Source of the DNA: Schizochytrium sp. TIO01
Taxonomy: Eukaryota; Protista; Bigyra: Labyrinthulomycetes
NCBI GenBank assembly: GCA_004764695.1
Contig: SMSO01000007.1
Coordinates: 1,991,270-2,055,269, forward strand
Direction of reading: 5' to 3'
DNA length: 64,000 bases
Part shown: piece after piece, positions 51,650 through 62,818 of the stretch
How positions within the stretch are numbered: position 1 is the stretch's first letter
How the letters are laid out: every line of letters starts with the position of its first letter
The notes under the pieces: generated by a model
What the model was told of the DNA's origin: nothing
Database searches by the model: none
Seen by the model: the letters and a program-made list of their open reading frames with translations, nothing else
Translations under genes and position numbers: made by a program

Positions 51650-53215
51650 TTACAAGCCCTTACAAAGATTGTCCCACAAAGAGTTCCACTGATCAATCTG
51701 ATGTCTGCTTGCGGGCTCTCCACAACCTGCCTGCTCTAATGTTCGGGCAGATAATATCTTTTGTACAATATCTTCATGCCCGCAGACGCTGTGCACCCCA
51801 GGCACAAGGGGCTCAAATGCAGCAGCCCCGACCCCTTGCATGACTAGTGAGCATCCGGCGAACAAAGCTTCGTGCGCATTATGTACGCCCTTGAACTCAC
51901 TTTGTGGGAGTGAGCCTCCGATAAATGCAATATCCACTTGTTCATAGACTTGAGCAAGAATACCTAGTGAGTCGATGATAATTATGCAAGACTCTTGTGT
52001 GCAATCTCGCAGGTCTTGAGAACTTTTGTTTATGAGTTCACTCCACAGCAACACTATAACGCCGGGGGTCACTTTCGCAACGTTTTGAAGTACCTGTGTA
52101 CATCTTTCGGGATGCCTCGGTGCGATTATGGTGAGGGGACGTTGATCTTTATCCTTCAAGTTATCTAAAACATTTGGTGCTCTTTTTGCCTTTGACAGCA
52201 TAAGGTGAGCTTTTGCAACTTCAACCTCCTCTCCCTTATGAGTTGAACCTGCTACCCACGTGCGATGTCGCGCATTATCAATAGATTCAAAGATCCTTGC
52301 AACTGGGTTGTTCTCGACAGTATCCATGCAGCTATAGTTGTCAGATTCCTTCGATCTTCGAAACAGGAAATCAAGGCTTTTAAAGTCTATCACAGCGTTG
52401 ACATGCTTTTCAGCGCGTGAAGATTTTAATGCGACCTCAATCCGCGATGAATCTTGGTCACTCCGTGCCGCAATGTAGTCAAAACATGATAGCATAGACG
52501 CGAGAAGACTTTGTGTCCAAGTGAACATTTGCCATCTACGCAAGGAACGCTCTGAAAGCCGGCCATTGACAAGAAATAAGGGGACCTTTCGAGCCTTGAG
52601 CTCATGCAGTGTACAAGGCCAGAGCTCAGATTCTACCCAGACTGCCAGACTAGGCTGCCACGCATCCAAAAAACTATCTACACGTCTGGGAAAGTCTAGA
52701 GGTGCTAGCCCAAATGTAATTCGCGTAGCAAAGTCTTTTGAAAATCGATCTGGCACAACTGCTAATGCAGATGCAGAGCTGCATGTCATGACAACATGTG
52801 CAGTGGGCTTTTCACGCAACAGCTTCTCCACAAGGTTCACAATACAAAGGCCCTCGCCTACAGATGCTGCATGAAACCATGCTATGCGTTGCTGCCTAGC
52901 TTCAACATCCAAGGCGAGTCTGGTGTCCTTTTGTTCGAAATGCTTATGTTGGGCTGATGAGTTTCTGAAAAGAAAAGTTGACGGCCACAACCCCAAAAGA
53001 GGCATGAAAGGTACTGATTTTGGAGGAACCCACGACTGAGGCCATGGTACCTTGGGCTCAGGCCATTGTCTAGCACGTGCAGACTCAACACCAAGCCGAG
53101 CAGCACGGAGTCGAGTCTGAGCCCGTGCGTTGCGCGCCATCTCTGCCACTTCGGCGACACCAATCGACTCAAGCGCTCCTGCGAAAAAACGCCACCATCG
53201 TACGACGGCTTCCAT
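51650..53215 (-). CDS. kdtA: 3-deoxy-D-manno-octulosonic acid (Kdo) transferase, GT30 family
   Basis: WFHAASVGE, PLD, VWVESELWP, LVNGRLSERS, WVAGSTHKGEE, IIAPRHPER and DSLG..AFIGGSL..HN..EA occur in the WaaA order. First ATG is at 53215. Confidence 0.93.
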   Translation of the reverse strand: MEAVVRWWRFFAGALESIGVAEVAEMARNARAQTRLRAARLGVESARARQWPEPKVPWPQSWVPPKSVPFMPLLGLWPSTFLFRNSSAQHKHFEQKDTRLALDVEARQQRIAWFHAASVGEGLCIVNLVEKLLREKPTAHVVMTCSSASALAVVPDRFSKDFATRITFGLAPLDFPRRVDSFLDAWQPSLAVWVESELWPCTLHELKARKVPLFLVNGRLSERSLRRWQMFTWTQSLLASMLSCFDYIAARSDQDSSRIEVALKSSRAEKHVNAVIDFKSLDFLFRRSKESDNYSCMDTVENNPVARIFESIDNARHRTWVAGSTHKGEEVEVAKAHLMLSKAKRAPNVLDNLKDKDQRPLTIIAPRHPERCTQVLQNVAKVTPGVIVLLWSELINKSSQDLRDCTQESCIIIIDSLGILAQVYEQVDIAFIGGSLPQSEFKGVHNAHEALFAGCSLVMQGVGAAAFEPLVPGVHSVCGHEDIVQKILSARTLEQAGCGEPASRHQIDQWNSLWDNLCKGL

Positions 53216-53938
53216 AACTTGGATGCCTCTCAACTCCACATCAAGCTGGTTTGCGCGCGGATTTCGTTCCGGTTTTGCCTCTCAATTCTTAGTTTGCAGC
53301 AGCTTTACTCATCGAAAGTAAGGCGGCCTAATATTGTGTTAATTGATTCTGACTTGCATTTTTAAAAGTTGAGTCCGCGACATGAAGGCTTTTCAGGAAT
53401 TGAAGGCTATTGAATTTACCGCCTATACCATGTAGAGATATCAACTTGAAGTGAAGCAGAGTCACTACACTCGTTACGAATTGTAAATCTACAACCCTTC
53501 AGCAGGGATTATTCTAAATTTCTATCACGAAGTTTCGGGTTGAGCTTGTTCTTTCCATAAAACAAGAACCCGCTCGCTCACTTGCTTCCTTGTCTAATTT
53601 ATCAAATTTGCTGTTCTATGCGACTAAAAAGCCGCCCTATGAAGAGATTTTGATGTTTCGAATTAGATGGCCGCCATGTTCGAGTCGTTTGTAATCACAC
53701 CTTCCTAAGTTCGTTCCCTGCCATGGGCTCACGTTGATGCACTATGACCAAAGCCTTGAGGACCACCCAAACGAATGAAATATTAGAAAACTATGCGATT
53801 TTGTCTTATTACTCGCTACTAGCAACTAATAACACTAATACTATGAATACATCATGAGCAGGTGAACCAATTCGAAAACCAAGGGAGAGAACTGTGCTCA
53901 AAACTTGAAGCTGGCATCAGCCTACTGCGAGGAAGAAG

Positions 53939-54394
53939 ATGGCGGCTTGGGATGATATCAACCTGGATGAAATGACCTTCTCTCAGGAGGAGGACATGTA
54001 CACGTATCCGTGTCCGTGCGGTGACGATTTCTTCATTACCGTAGATGACCTCCTGGGCGCAGAAGACCTTGCACCGTGTCCAAGCTGCTCACTACTCATC
54101 CGCGTGATCTACGATCCCGAAGAATTCCTTGAGAGTATTGAACTCCTCATGGAAAACGAGTCTGATGGAGATCAAGGCGAAGAAGCAGGTGACGAGCAGC
54201 AGGAACAAGTAGCTGTTTGTGCGGCTAAAGAAGAGTCAAAACCGGGTATACCCGAGGAATACCCTGAAAATAATGCAGGAGACACCGACAATGCAACATA
54301 TCAGAATAGTGCAGAGGCTGTAGCCACGGAACTGGAGAAACTAGAGATTGGCGCTGACGGTGAGAAACGTGACGTTGATCTTGTTGACCCATAA
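53939..54394 (+). CDS. DPH3: Diphthamide biosynthesis protein 3 (CSL zinc ribbon, Kti11) with acidic C-terminal tail
   Basis: YTYPCPCGDDFFIT...APCPSCSLLIRVIYD. Confidence 0.95.
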   Translation: MAAWDDINLDEMTFSQEEDMYTYPCPCGDDFFITVDDLLGAEDLAPCPSCSLLIRVIYDPEEFLESIELLMENESDGDQGEEAGDEQQEQVAVCAAKEESKPGIPEEYPENNAGDTDNATYQNSAEAVATELEKLEIGADGEKRDVDLVDP

Positions 54395-55367
54395 CAAGGC
54401 ATTTCTTTGAGAAGGTAGTGCACAACTCTTTTGAACATTTTTGTACGGGACGCTTTCTCAATGCCCAACAAACACAGAGTTCCAGACTTTACGTGTGCCA
54501 TCAAATGCATGTATCTATTTGTATAAAATAGAAATGATGATGTGGTCAAATAGACATGAAGATAATCCTGGTGCTTTGGATGTGGGTCACGTACTCAATC
54601 TCTTCATGGCACACATAAGTCTTGCTATGTATACGGTGTATGAGCTTTGTTTGGTATTCAAAGAAACATCTGCAAAGTGTATCTGTGTTGAGTAAATAAG
54701 CGTAGCTAAGTAGTTTGAGAATATACGGGAAACCCTAGCCTGTACATAGGACGCTCAGCTATTCATTTATCATCAAACCAACAGGGCGAGTATCCCTGTT
54801 GCACAAAATACAATGAAATGATGACGATGTTGCAAAATTGACATTGTAATTAGGATTCCTCTTCCGTGTCTAAACTAATTAAGCGGTTACAGGTAATACT
54901 GAGGGTGTTTAAATAGCGCTCGAGTACTATTTTGTCGACAGGTGCTGTTGTAGCAAAGTCTGATTTGTTAGTCAATTGTCATTTGGTACAGGCCTTCGTA
55001 TTCAATCACGTAGGCTAATTCAAAACATCATGTTTTTTCCCGATTTTTTATATTATCCTCTCATTTTATTTTTCAAGAAAGATGAAAATCTCTTTTATCT
55101 AGTTCAGAGGTGGCTCTCTATACATTTGAAATGTTTGGAGGTCTGCATTACTACTTTTTAAGTGTAATGTCAATTCATGGGTTCCATTCATGTCAGATAG
55201 AAATTCTCTAGTTCTTTGTCTTTTGCAATGATTATCCCTTTGGGACTTGTATTTTTTTTAATGTTTTCTTCCAATATCGAAAAGCAAGTTCGAGTTGTTG
55301 AGCTAAAGATAGTAAAGCAGTGAATAACTTATGAATATTACTCTATAATTCGACACAAATATTATTG

Positions 55368-57827
55368 TTAGGACGTCAGGTCAACCTGTGAAAGTGCAAT
55401 AGTGATAGCAATTTGGGGCAGTAGGTCTTTGGTGATGGTTTCAATATATGATGCGTCAGTGTATGGCGCCCATGGCATTGATATCTGCAGCACACCCCAT
55501 GGTTCAATAGCGGCTGATGATACTTCAGCAGTTTGCAAGTGTGGAATCGGCATTGCAAGCATCGCAAGGCCATCAGTTTCAAGATCAATATTTGCATTGA
55601 AACGAGGGTCATTGTAAGGGTCTTCGAGTCGAGCAGTATCGCCCGTCGAAACAAGATCTCCGGCAACGCCAGCATTGGCAGCGCACGAAGTTCGAACCAT
55701 TCGCTCAAAGTCCTCATAATGATTTGAAGCGTAAGACTTAACTTGAACAAAATGTAATGTCCCTGGGCCAACTGCTGTATCTCCCTCCGATGCGGGGCCG
55801 GACGACATTGGGCGTCTCCAAGCAAAAATTCTACAACGGCGAGCTCCAGGAACTGTCTTTACCACCTGAAGCTCTAAACGCCGGAAAAGCTCAACTTTCA
55901 CAGGTTCAGATTTTCGCGTTTGGGGAGACACGGAGAATACTTTCATTATGTCGTGGGGAAAATGCAGCATGCTTTTCATTGTATTGTCTCGCATCCGAAT
56001 AGTTTGCATGGTCTTCACATTTTCAAGCGACCAAAGGGCTGCATGACCGAATAAACTCAAGGCAATACCTTGGCTATCAGAGAAGATACGCCGCGAGATT
56101 GCGTGAGATTTGGATGCTGATTTTGACACTTGTAAAATTGCAATCGGCATCTGGTTGAAAGGTGATGAAGCATCCACAATATGCTCTGGTGTTACATTGG
56201 TTAGGTTCTCTCTAAAAATTGGAATAGTAGCCAAACTTTGCTTTGAGAAGCCCTCTCCATTCTTCGGTGCAGAAAATTCTCGTGATGAACCAAGATGATC
56301 TACCTTGGAATTGTAGTGATATTCTTCCTCGTTGCCCAATACACAATTATTGAGCACAACAAGTTTCCCTGTTCTGGCCACGTAACCAGCGATACCACTG
56401 TTTTCAACATCAGAATATGTAAACTTCACCTCGTTTCCATTGCGAGCACTCCTTGTTGAGATTGTCGACTTTTTGGAGTCGACTATCCAAAATGTTACGT
56501 GCTTTAGCCCAGGCGCAATTGACTTGCATGCCTCCGAGATCTTTTCGAAAACATCGATCACAGCCCCATCGGGATGGGAGTACAAATGGAGTTGTTCCGG
56601 GTAGCTTGAGAGGCGGAAGAGCTCCTTGGCGCAAGTCTGAAAGTTGCGCACTAAATCTACAAGGTGCCGCGCTTGCGATTTTGTGAACTGTTGCGCCTTT
56701 GAAACAGCCAAAGCAAGCTGTTCGTCTTCCACTTCTGCCGCAGACTTTCCTCCACCTTCGTTATTTTCCCCTCCAGCCTTGGTTTGCTGAGACACTACGT
56801 TAGGGTCGTTAGGGTCAACAGCAACGGAGGACAAATGTAGTTTTTTGTACATGTCGTGCAGGAGTTTAGGAAGGATATCTGCATATGTTTGATTAGCATC
56901 GTTTTCCATTGGACTGTCCTCAGATTCATCAACCTCAGGGAGGTTAAAACCTCGAGTGGTGTGCCTCTTGGCTGCACCTACTGGAGAGAACGAATCTCGT
57001 TGCTTACTATGAGGACTGACCGATGTTCTCCTTCGGGATCCACTGACTGGCGATGCTGGCACACTTGCGATCGTGGCCCTTTTATTTAGCGTGTCTTGTT
57101 TGGGGTTCATGTTATTGATTGCTGAGTTGCGTGGCACAAGGTCACTCAAGGTTGCTATACTTTCCTCTTTCAAAAACCTTTGTTGGAATTTGTTTTCACG
57201 TAGTTGTCGACTAAGCTCATTGCATGTGTGTTGTAAAGTCCCAAGTTGTTTTTCTACGGCCTGGTTACGTACTAAAAGTTCATTGCGCTCTGCAGTAAGT
57301 GTGCGGTATGCCCTTTTGAAAGCTTGACTGTTTACGCCTCCCCAATTCAGTTTTGTTCGCGCTCTCGTGTGGGCTTGGCGAACACCATGGTCCTCGACTC
57401 GTGGGATAGAATTGCCCGCTTCTACTCCTGTAGGAACTTCATTACGCGAGTCTAAAGGCATAGAGGTCAGCGCGTCAAGCAGGTTTTCATTTCGCAATGA
57501 AACTTTGTCCATCTTTGATTCCAATGTGTGCACAAGCGCTGCTTGAGATCGAAGCTCTTGTTTGAGTTTGGCCACTTCTTGGTGTAAATTTTCATTCTCC
57601 TCTCGAATTCTATCATTTCTAATCTCAAGGGCTTCTGCGTCGAGGATTCTTCGACGTTGCGCTCGTCGTGCAAGTTTTGCAGCGTATGCACTCGGTAAAA
57701 CTTCTTGGGGACTGGGAATTGCCCCCGCTCTGTGTATTGCAGCAAACGCTTGTGGCTTAGGGTGAGGCGTTGATGTTGGCAGCGCTGGCGATGAGCCACA
57801 ATGACGCAGGTTTGTGGTCATGATCAC
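55368..57827 (-). CDS. Coiled-coil plus tandem GAF-domain protein (819 aa)
   Basis: Two N-terminal coiled-coil segments. GAF motifs SGIAGYVARTGKLV and GVAGDLVSTG..EDPYNDPRFNANID..LAMPI. Confidence 0.88.
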   Translation of the reverse strand: MIMTTNLRHCGSSPALPTSTPHPKPQAFAAIHRAGAIPSPQEVLPSAYAAKLARRAQRRRILDAEALEIRNDRIREENENLHQEVAKLKQELRSQAALVHTLESKMDKVSLRNENLLDALTSMPLDSRNEVPTGVEAGNSIPRVEDHGVRQAHTRARTKLNWGGVNSQAFKRAYRTLTAERNELLVRNQAVEKQLGTLQHTCNELSRQLRENKFQQRFLKEESIATLSDLVPRNSAINNMNPKQDTLNKRATIASVPASPVSGSRRRTSVSPHSKQRDSFSPVGAAKRHTTRGFNLPEVDESEDSPMENDANQTYADILPKLLHDMYKKLHLSSVAVDPNDPNVVSQQTKAGGENNEGGGKSAAEVEDEQLALAVSKAQQFTKSQARHLVDLVRNFQTCAKELFRLSSYPEQLHLYSHPDGAVIDVFEKISEACKSIAPGLKHVTFWIVDSKKSTISTRSARNGNEVKFTYSDVENSGIAGYVARTGKLVVLNNCVLGNEEEYHYNSKVDHLGSSREFSAPKNGEGFSKQSLATIPIFRENLTNVTPEHIVDASSPFNQMPIAILQVSKSASKSHAISRRIFSDSQGIALSLFGHAALWSLENVKTMQTIRMRDNTMKSMLHFPHDIMKVFSVSPQTRKSEPVKVELFRRLELQVVKTVPGARRCRIFAWRRPMSSGPASEGDTAVGPGTLHFVQVKSYASNHYEDFERMVRTSCAANAGVAGDLVSTGDTARLEDPYNDPRFNANIDLETDGLAMLAMPIPHLQTAEVSSAAIEPWGVLQISMPWAPYTDASYIETITKDLLPQIAITIALSQVDLTS

Positions 57828-59448
57828 CCGAGCGACACCGTGCTCCTTGCGACTTTCTTCACCTCTTGTATGCCCTTAAATTCTTTGAGCAGTCAAACCT
57901 TGCTTGGCAAACAAGATTAGAATGGCTGACTCCGGCACAATGCAATAGAGGCGACTCTCTGGTCCCTTCGTTAGTCCTCTCTCTTGGCATAAAATCGCCA
58001 CTCGCTGTGCTCCATAGACTCCCTCTCAGCACAACAACCCGGATTTTATTTTGAGCTGTTCCCTTTCGCACACCTGTCAATGCGTTCTACAACGGATCAG
58101 TAGAGCACAAATCATAAAATTGCCAATGACAGATAGGTACTCGTCAATATTAGGTACCAACCTATTAAAAAGGCCAAGCAAAGCTCGAATAGCCCTGACG
58201 TAGAGACGTAGTTTAAGATCATAAGTATTCGCCTATGTGTTTATGAATATAAACTCTCTGGTCAGGAGCAATTCCTATCAGGTCTGTGATTTGGACAATC
58301 CCTCACGCATCTAGGACCAACACTATGGAGACAATCGTAAATAATATTAACGCGTGTTATAGAAAATAGAAGAGAGAAGAAGTAAAAGGCTATTTTACTT
58401 CTTCTTTCTTTATGATATATACAAATGTTTAGATCCATTATAAATATATATGTTTTAAAAATAGAATAACATTTCTATTTGGCTTTTAGATTAATAAATA
58501 AATAAAAGTTAAAACCTTTATTTTCGATTTTTTTTTTTTAAACACTAAAATTATATATTTATAGACACACAGACAAAGAGATAAGGGAGGACAATAGAGA
58601 ACAAAATATTCAATATGACTCTAGTGAATTAAAACTTATGTTTAGGTTACGAAACAGTGTAAAACCTGAAGAAAGGCATTTCAATTTCAAGAATATAATT
58701 TCAGCATAGTAATATATATTAGTATAAAATGTACGATAGTGCAAGGAAAAGAAACAGCCACAGCAGCAGCAGTTGGAACAAGAAAAAAAAGCGAAAAAGT
58801 TCAGGAAACTTGTAGGGCCCTCCCTCACACGCATTACATGTAAGTACACAAAGTAAATAATGAAGACTCAGCAACAGTAAACAAGGGGGGTTAGATAGAG
58901 TAACACCTCTGTGATTCTTAACGTACTCCTTAGTACATAGTTGATCTTCGAATTACTACTCACTAGAATTCGAAAGAAAGTGAGCCCCAAATGTAATTGA
59001 ATAATAAAGTTGAAAGGAAGTACCCTGGTCTATTTTATTTATATATTTTTCAAAATACTTAAAATACATCGCTATTGTTGTTATTGTTATTGATTCAACA
59101 GAGTAATCGGACTCATAAAATTCAGCCAGGAAGTGATTCACCAACCATAGCATCAAAACATTCCAAAGAAATGTCATGTGTTCTTGTGTGGCAGCATTAG
59201 CTGAGCAGCGAAACTGCCGCCAACGTAATATTGATACCTCGACACTGACTTGAAGGATCGAGTGCTGTGGTGCTCAGAGTGTCCGTTCGCTCCCTCGCTT
59301 GAAGTGCCGGTTCAGGTCGGTTTTAGACATGCTCTGCTATTTCCAGCCTTGTAATGCCTGCTTACTAGGTACCACAAAGAGGGAAGAAAGGAACGAAAGG
59401 AACGAAAGGGAACGGTTAGCGAGTCGCCTAATGGAACCAGTAATAGAC

Positions 59449-59456
59449 TTTATATA
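59449..59456 (-). promoter_or_regulatory. Putative TATA box
   Basis: Minus-strand TATATAAA followed by a pyrimidine-rich 9-mer repeat, about 1.6 kb upstream of the GAF gene ATG. Confidence 0.25.
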
Positions 59457-60619
59457 GACTTTGAACGGTGAGACAAGTGACGGATGGTCAGTCGCGACAA
59501 GTCTGTCTCGAGAGCAAGAGCGAGTTGCTTGCATGACTTCTGTATTGGGTATTAGTACTTTGCACATCATAGCTAAGCAAAGAACGGATGCGAGTGGTGG
59601 GTGCTCAGATGAGGAATGCGAGGCACGCGGTAGGAAAGATGAGAGCTGGGGGATCCAATTCAAGGATTGCGCGTAGCTGCCAGAAGCAAAGCACTAGGTA
59701 CAAGTCTTGCCGGTAGGTATCTTGCTCCGGCTGCACTGGATGGCTGGACCGAAAATCAAAGCAACATCGCCTGGCTCGCGATTGTGCAGGATGATGTGGG
59801 TGTAGATTTAGATGATGAAGATGAATCTACTTGGATATCATTGGTTGATTGTGATTTTGGAAAGCGATGCTCGCATCGTCGGAATTTAAGAAGATCTGGT
59901 GTTGGACAAATTAGAGTGAATAATTGAAACTTGTCTCATAGTCACTCACAAAGGTTTCTTTGTTGTAAATTTGGACAAGACCAACTTAATTCTTAACAAT
60001 GAATGAATTACAACTAAATTTAATGACTTATCTTATTGCTTATGAACGTAAAATACTTTTTTAAACTGTTGATTGCGGCTTTAGATTGCAAAGGGTGATA
60101 TATGTATAAAAAAGACGGGTCGTAAGAGCCTTCTTAACAAAGATATCTAATCTGTTGTCATACTTCAAAAACGGAGATATACTCTGCAATGCCAAGGTGG
60201 ACGCTGATTAAGTGCATTCTATGAGATCCATCATATTCGGGAATAGATAGCCCAGAGAAATTGCAAGCCAGGATTGAGTAGCTTACTAAGCCCCTTGGGC
60301 ATCTAAGTACGGGAGCATGACAAACGCACATGGTGGGGACAAGCGATAAGGCGAACAAAAATCTGCTCAGTACGTAAATTCCAATGATACAAAACTCCAG
60401 TTTCCTTTTGGTAAAGCATCTCCAAACAAGGCCATTACTGAAATGAGTGCTCTAGTTCATTCTGTTGGCCTAAGTTCCATGCAGGGACACAGCATAAATA
60501 GAAGTGAGGTGGGCTGGTTGTTCATGTGTCGAGACAGAGCCAAACTGCAAGACTTAAGTCGGTGTGGTATGGCAAGATCTGCGCTGTGCACAGCCTCATT
60601 AAAAATTATGATTACGCAG

Positions 60620-61792
60620 TTATAAATCTGTTGTGCCAACAAATTGATAAGTGCTGCCATGTTGTTTTTGGTCGCGTTCACCTTGTTGGTTCGACACACT
60701 TTTGACATCTCTAGCGTCATCAAAATCATTATTTTCATCTCCGCTAGCTCGGTCATCAAAATCCTGAGGACTAGACCCCCCGTCAAATGAAGCATGCTGC
60801 CGGGAATTGCACCCAAATTTTGATTGACTGTGCTTTTTTAGATGGGCCTTTTGACCAAAAGAACTACCACAAATATCACATTTATATGGCCGAGACTTTG
60901 CGTGGACCGTTTTAACATGCTTCGTTAAGGCGGACTTTTCTCCGAAAGGTTTGAAACAGTGCGGACACTTGTGCCTTTTGATGCCAAGATGGACAGTTTT
61001 GATATGGGTCTGCAGGTGTTGCTTGTAACCAAAACTCTTGTCACACATGGAACAAACAAAGCCTTCTCTTGTTCGCTCAATAGGTTTTAAAGCCTTTAAG
61101 TTCTCAAGTTTCTCAACTGAAAGGTATTGAATACCTTCAATATCATCCGAGGATCCAAGAACTGACGTAAGCGCTGCATAATCTATACCATGGGCTATCA
61201 GGAGCGACCAGATTTTCTGTTGACTCAACGGAGGTTGTTGGTTTTGTGGATGCATTTGCAACAGAGGTTGACTAATACCTTGCAACGGTCCCAAGGTGTT
61301 TGAATAGTTTGTAAAAGGAAGACGTGAGGAGTCTACACGCCTGCGTTTACGCCCAAAGTTTGACTGTACCAGGCTACCTGAGCTTGTTGTTGGTGCTGAC
61401 GTTGCTGCAGCCAGGGAAGCCACGTCTTGATTGTTGTCACCGGTTATGCCCTGAGTGGCTCGTAGCGGTGCACCTGTCAGCATTTCTTTGACAAAAATGT
61501 TTCCGATCGGGTTTGTTCCAGGCATGCTAGCGAGAAACGCTCCTTGTTGTGCATTTGAAAAAGCACCTTGAGTTGACTGATTGACGGTTTGAAAAAAAAG
61601 ATGTTGATAATCTGGAGGGATTTGTTGCGCAAGCTGGCCTAACGCCTGCTGTTGTTGCAACGACGGATTCTGAGTAGTCGCCGTTAGGTTACCGGCGATA
61701 GCTGTTTGTTCAAAACTGTGATTGCCTAATGCATTGGTATTTAAACCATTGAGTTGTTGCTGGTGCAGCTGCTGGGCAAGCAAAAGTTGTTG

Positions 61793-61823
<31 letters not shown>

Positions 61824-62818
61824 TGCCACAGCTGTTGTTGAAATGGTATAACCTGCTGCTGCTGACCTTGCTGTTGCTCAGGTAAAAGTTGAGAAAATCG
61901 GAGAAACGTCCGGTCTGCTGCTGGCTGTTGCTCTTGCACCGGAAACGGGATCGACTGTCGCGGTTCCTGAGAATTGAGAGAGGAATCTCCTTGAAAAAGT
62001 CTAGATGGAGCCCAAAAGGCAGCGACATTTGCGGCGGCATTAGGAGCTGCTTGTGGGCCTAGAGGATATGTTGCCATGGCGCGTTGCTGGTCAGAGGTGT
62101 CATAGTTTTGACGTATATTTGGCGTATTAACGAGTGTGGCATTGGTAGGCGAGGGGCGCTCTTGTTTTATTGAGGGTGCTACCTTCTGGTTGTGGAAAGT
62201 TGATCTTGATTCTGGCGCAAGCTGATGGGGTTGCGGAGTAGAAGCTTGTTGACCTGGTAGTTGCTGTTTTGCGGACGACATCCATGGCGATGGCGACGAA
62301 GAAGATGATGAAGATGAAATCGGTTGGTTGCCTTGTAACAATGCATGGGAGATTTTGTTACTCTCGTTGGCATTGTAGCCCGATTGCGCATGTCCTGTGT
62401 TTACGGAAGCACGAGTCGCAGTAGATTTGTCGTCTACGTGGACAAATCTTGGCGGGTAGAGTTGTGCGGTTGAGGATAGGTTATTGAACAACGCGTACAG
62501 GCCCGCGGGCGTATGATTAGACAAGTAACCCCCCTGTGCAGAAGACGGAGCTGCCGACCCGGCTACTGTTCCGCCGTACTGTGTTCGTGAAAAGGCATTT
62601 GGGTCATAGATAATCGAGGAAGATGGAAAGTTTATCGTTGCTGTCGAAGTCGTAGTGGCCACAGAGTTAGGTTGCTGTTGCTGGCCAAGAGCAGCAACAG
62701 CAGCAGCAGCGGCGGCGGCGGCTGCAGAAGCTGCAGCTTGTGACGAAGTAGAGTTAAACTGATAGGCGTTTTGTCCGGGCGTTTCTCGCTTAATATAATG
62801 TTGCGAGTCTGGGTTCAT
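60620..62818 (-). CDS. C2H2 zinc-finger transcription factor with poly-A, poly-Q and S-rich regions (732 aa)
   Basis: FVCSMCDKSF..HIKTVH, HKCPHCFKPF..HVKTVH and YKCDICGSSF..HLKKH. NLS-like RKRRR. Confidence 0.93.

Noticed and set aside
54779-54801. 8-bp hairpin CAACAGGG/CCCTGTTG between convergent genes
   Set aside because: Short enough to be chance, has no U tract, and intrinsic terminators are not expected in this context.
56800-56816. TTAGGG twice, telomere-like
   Set aside because: It is the antisense of DPNDPN codons inside the GAF gene.
59461-59927. Two short acidic plus-strand ORFs
   Set aside because: Non-ATG starts, different frames and no family similarity; more likely promoter or 3' DNA.
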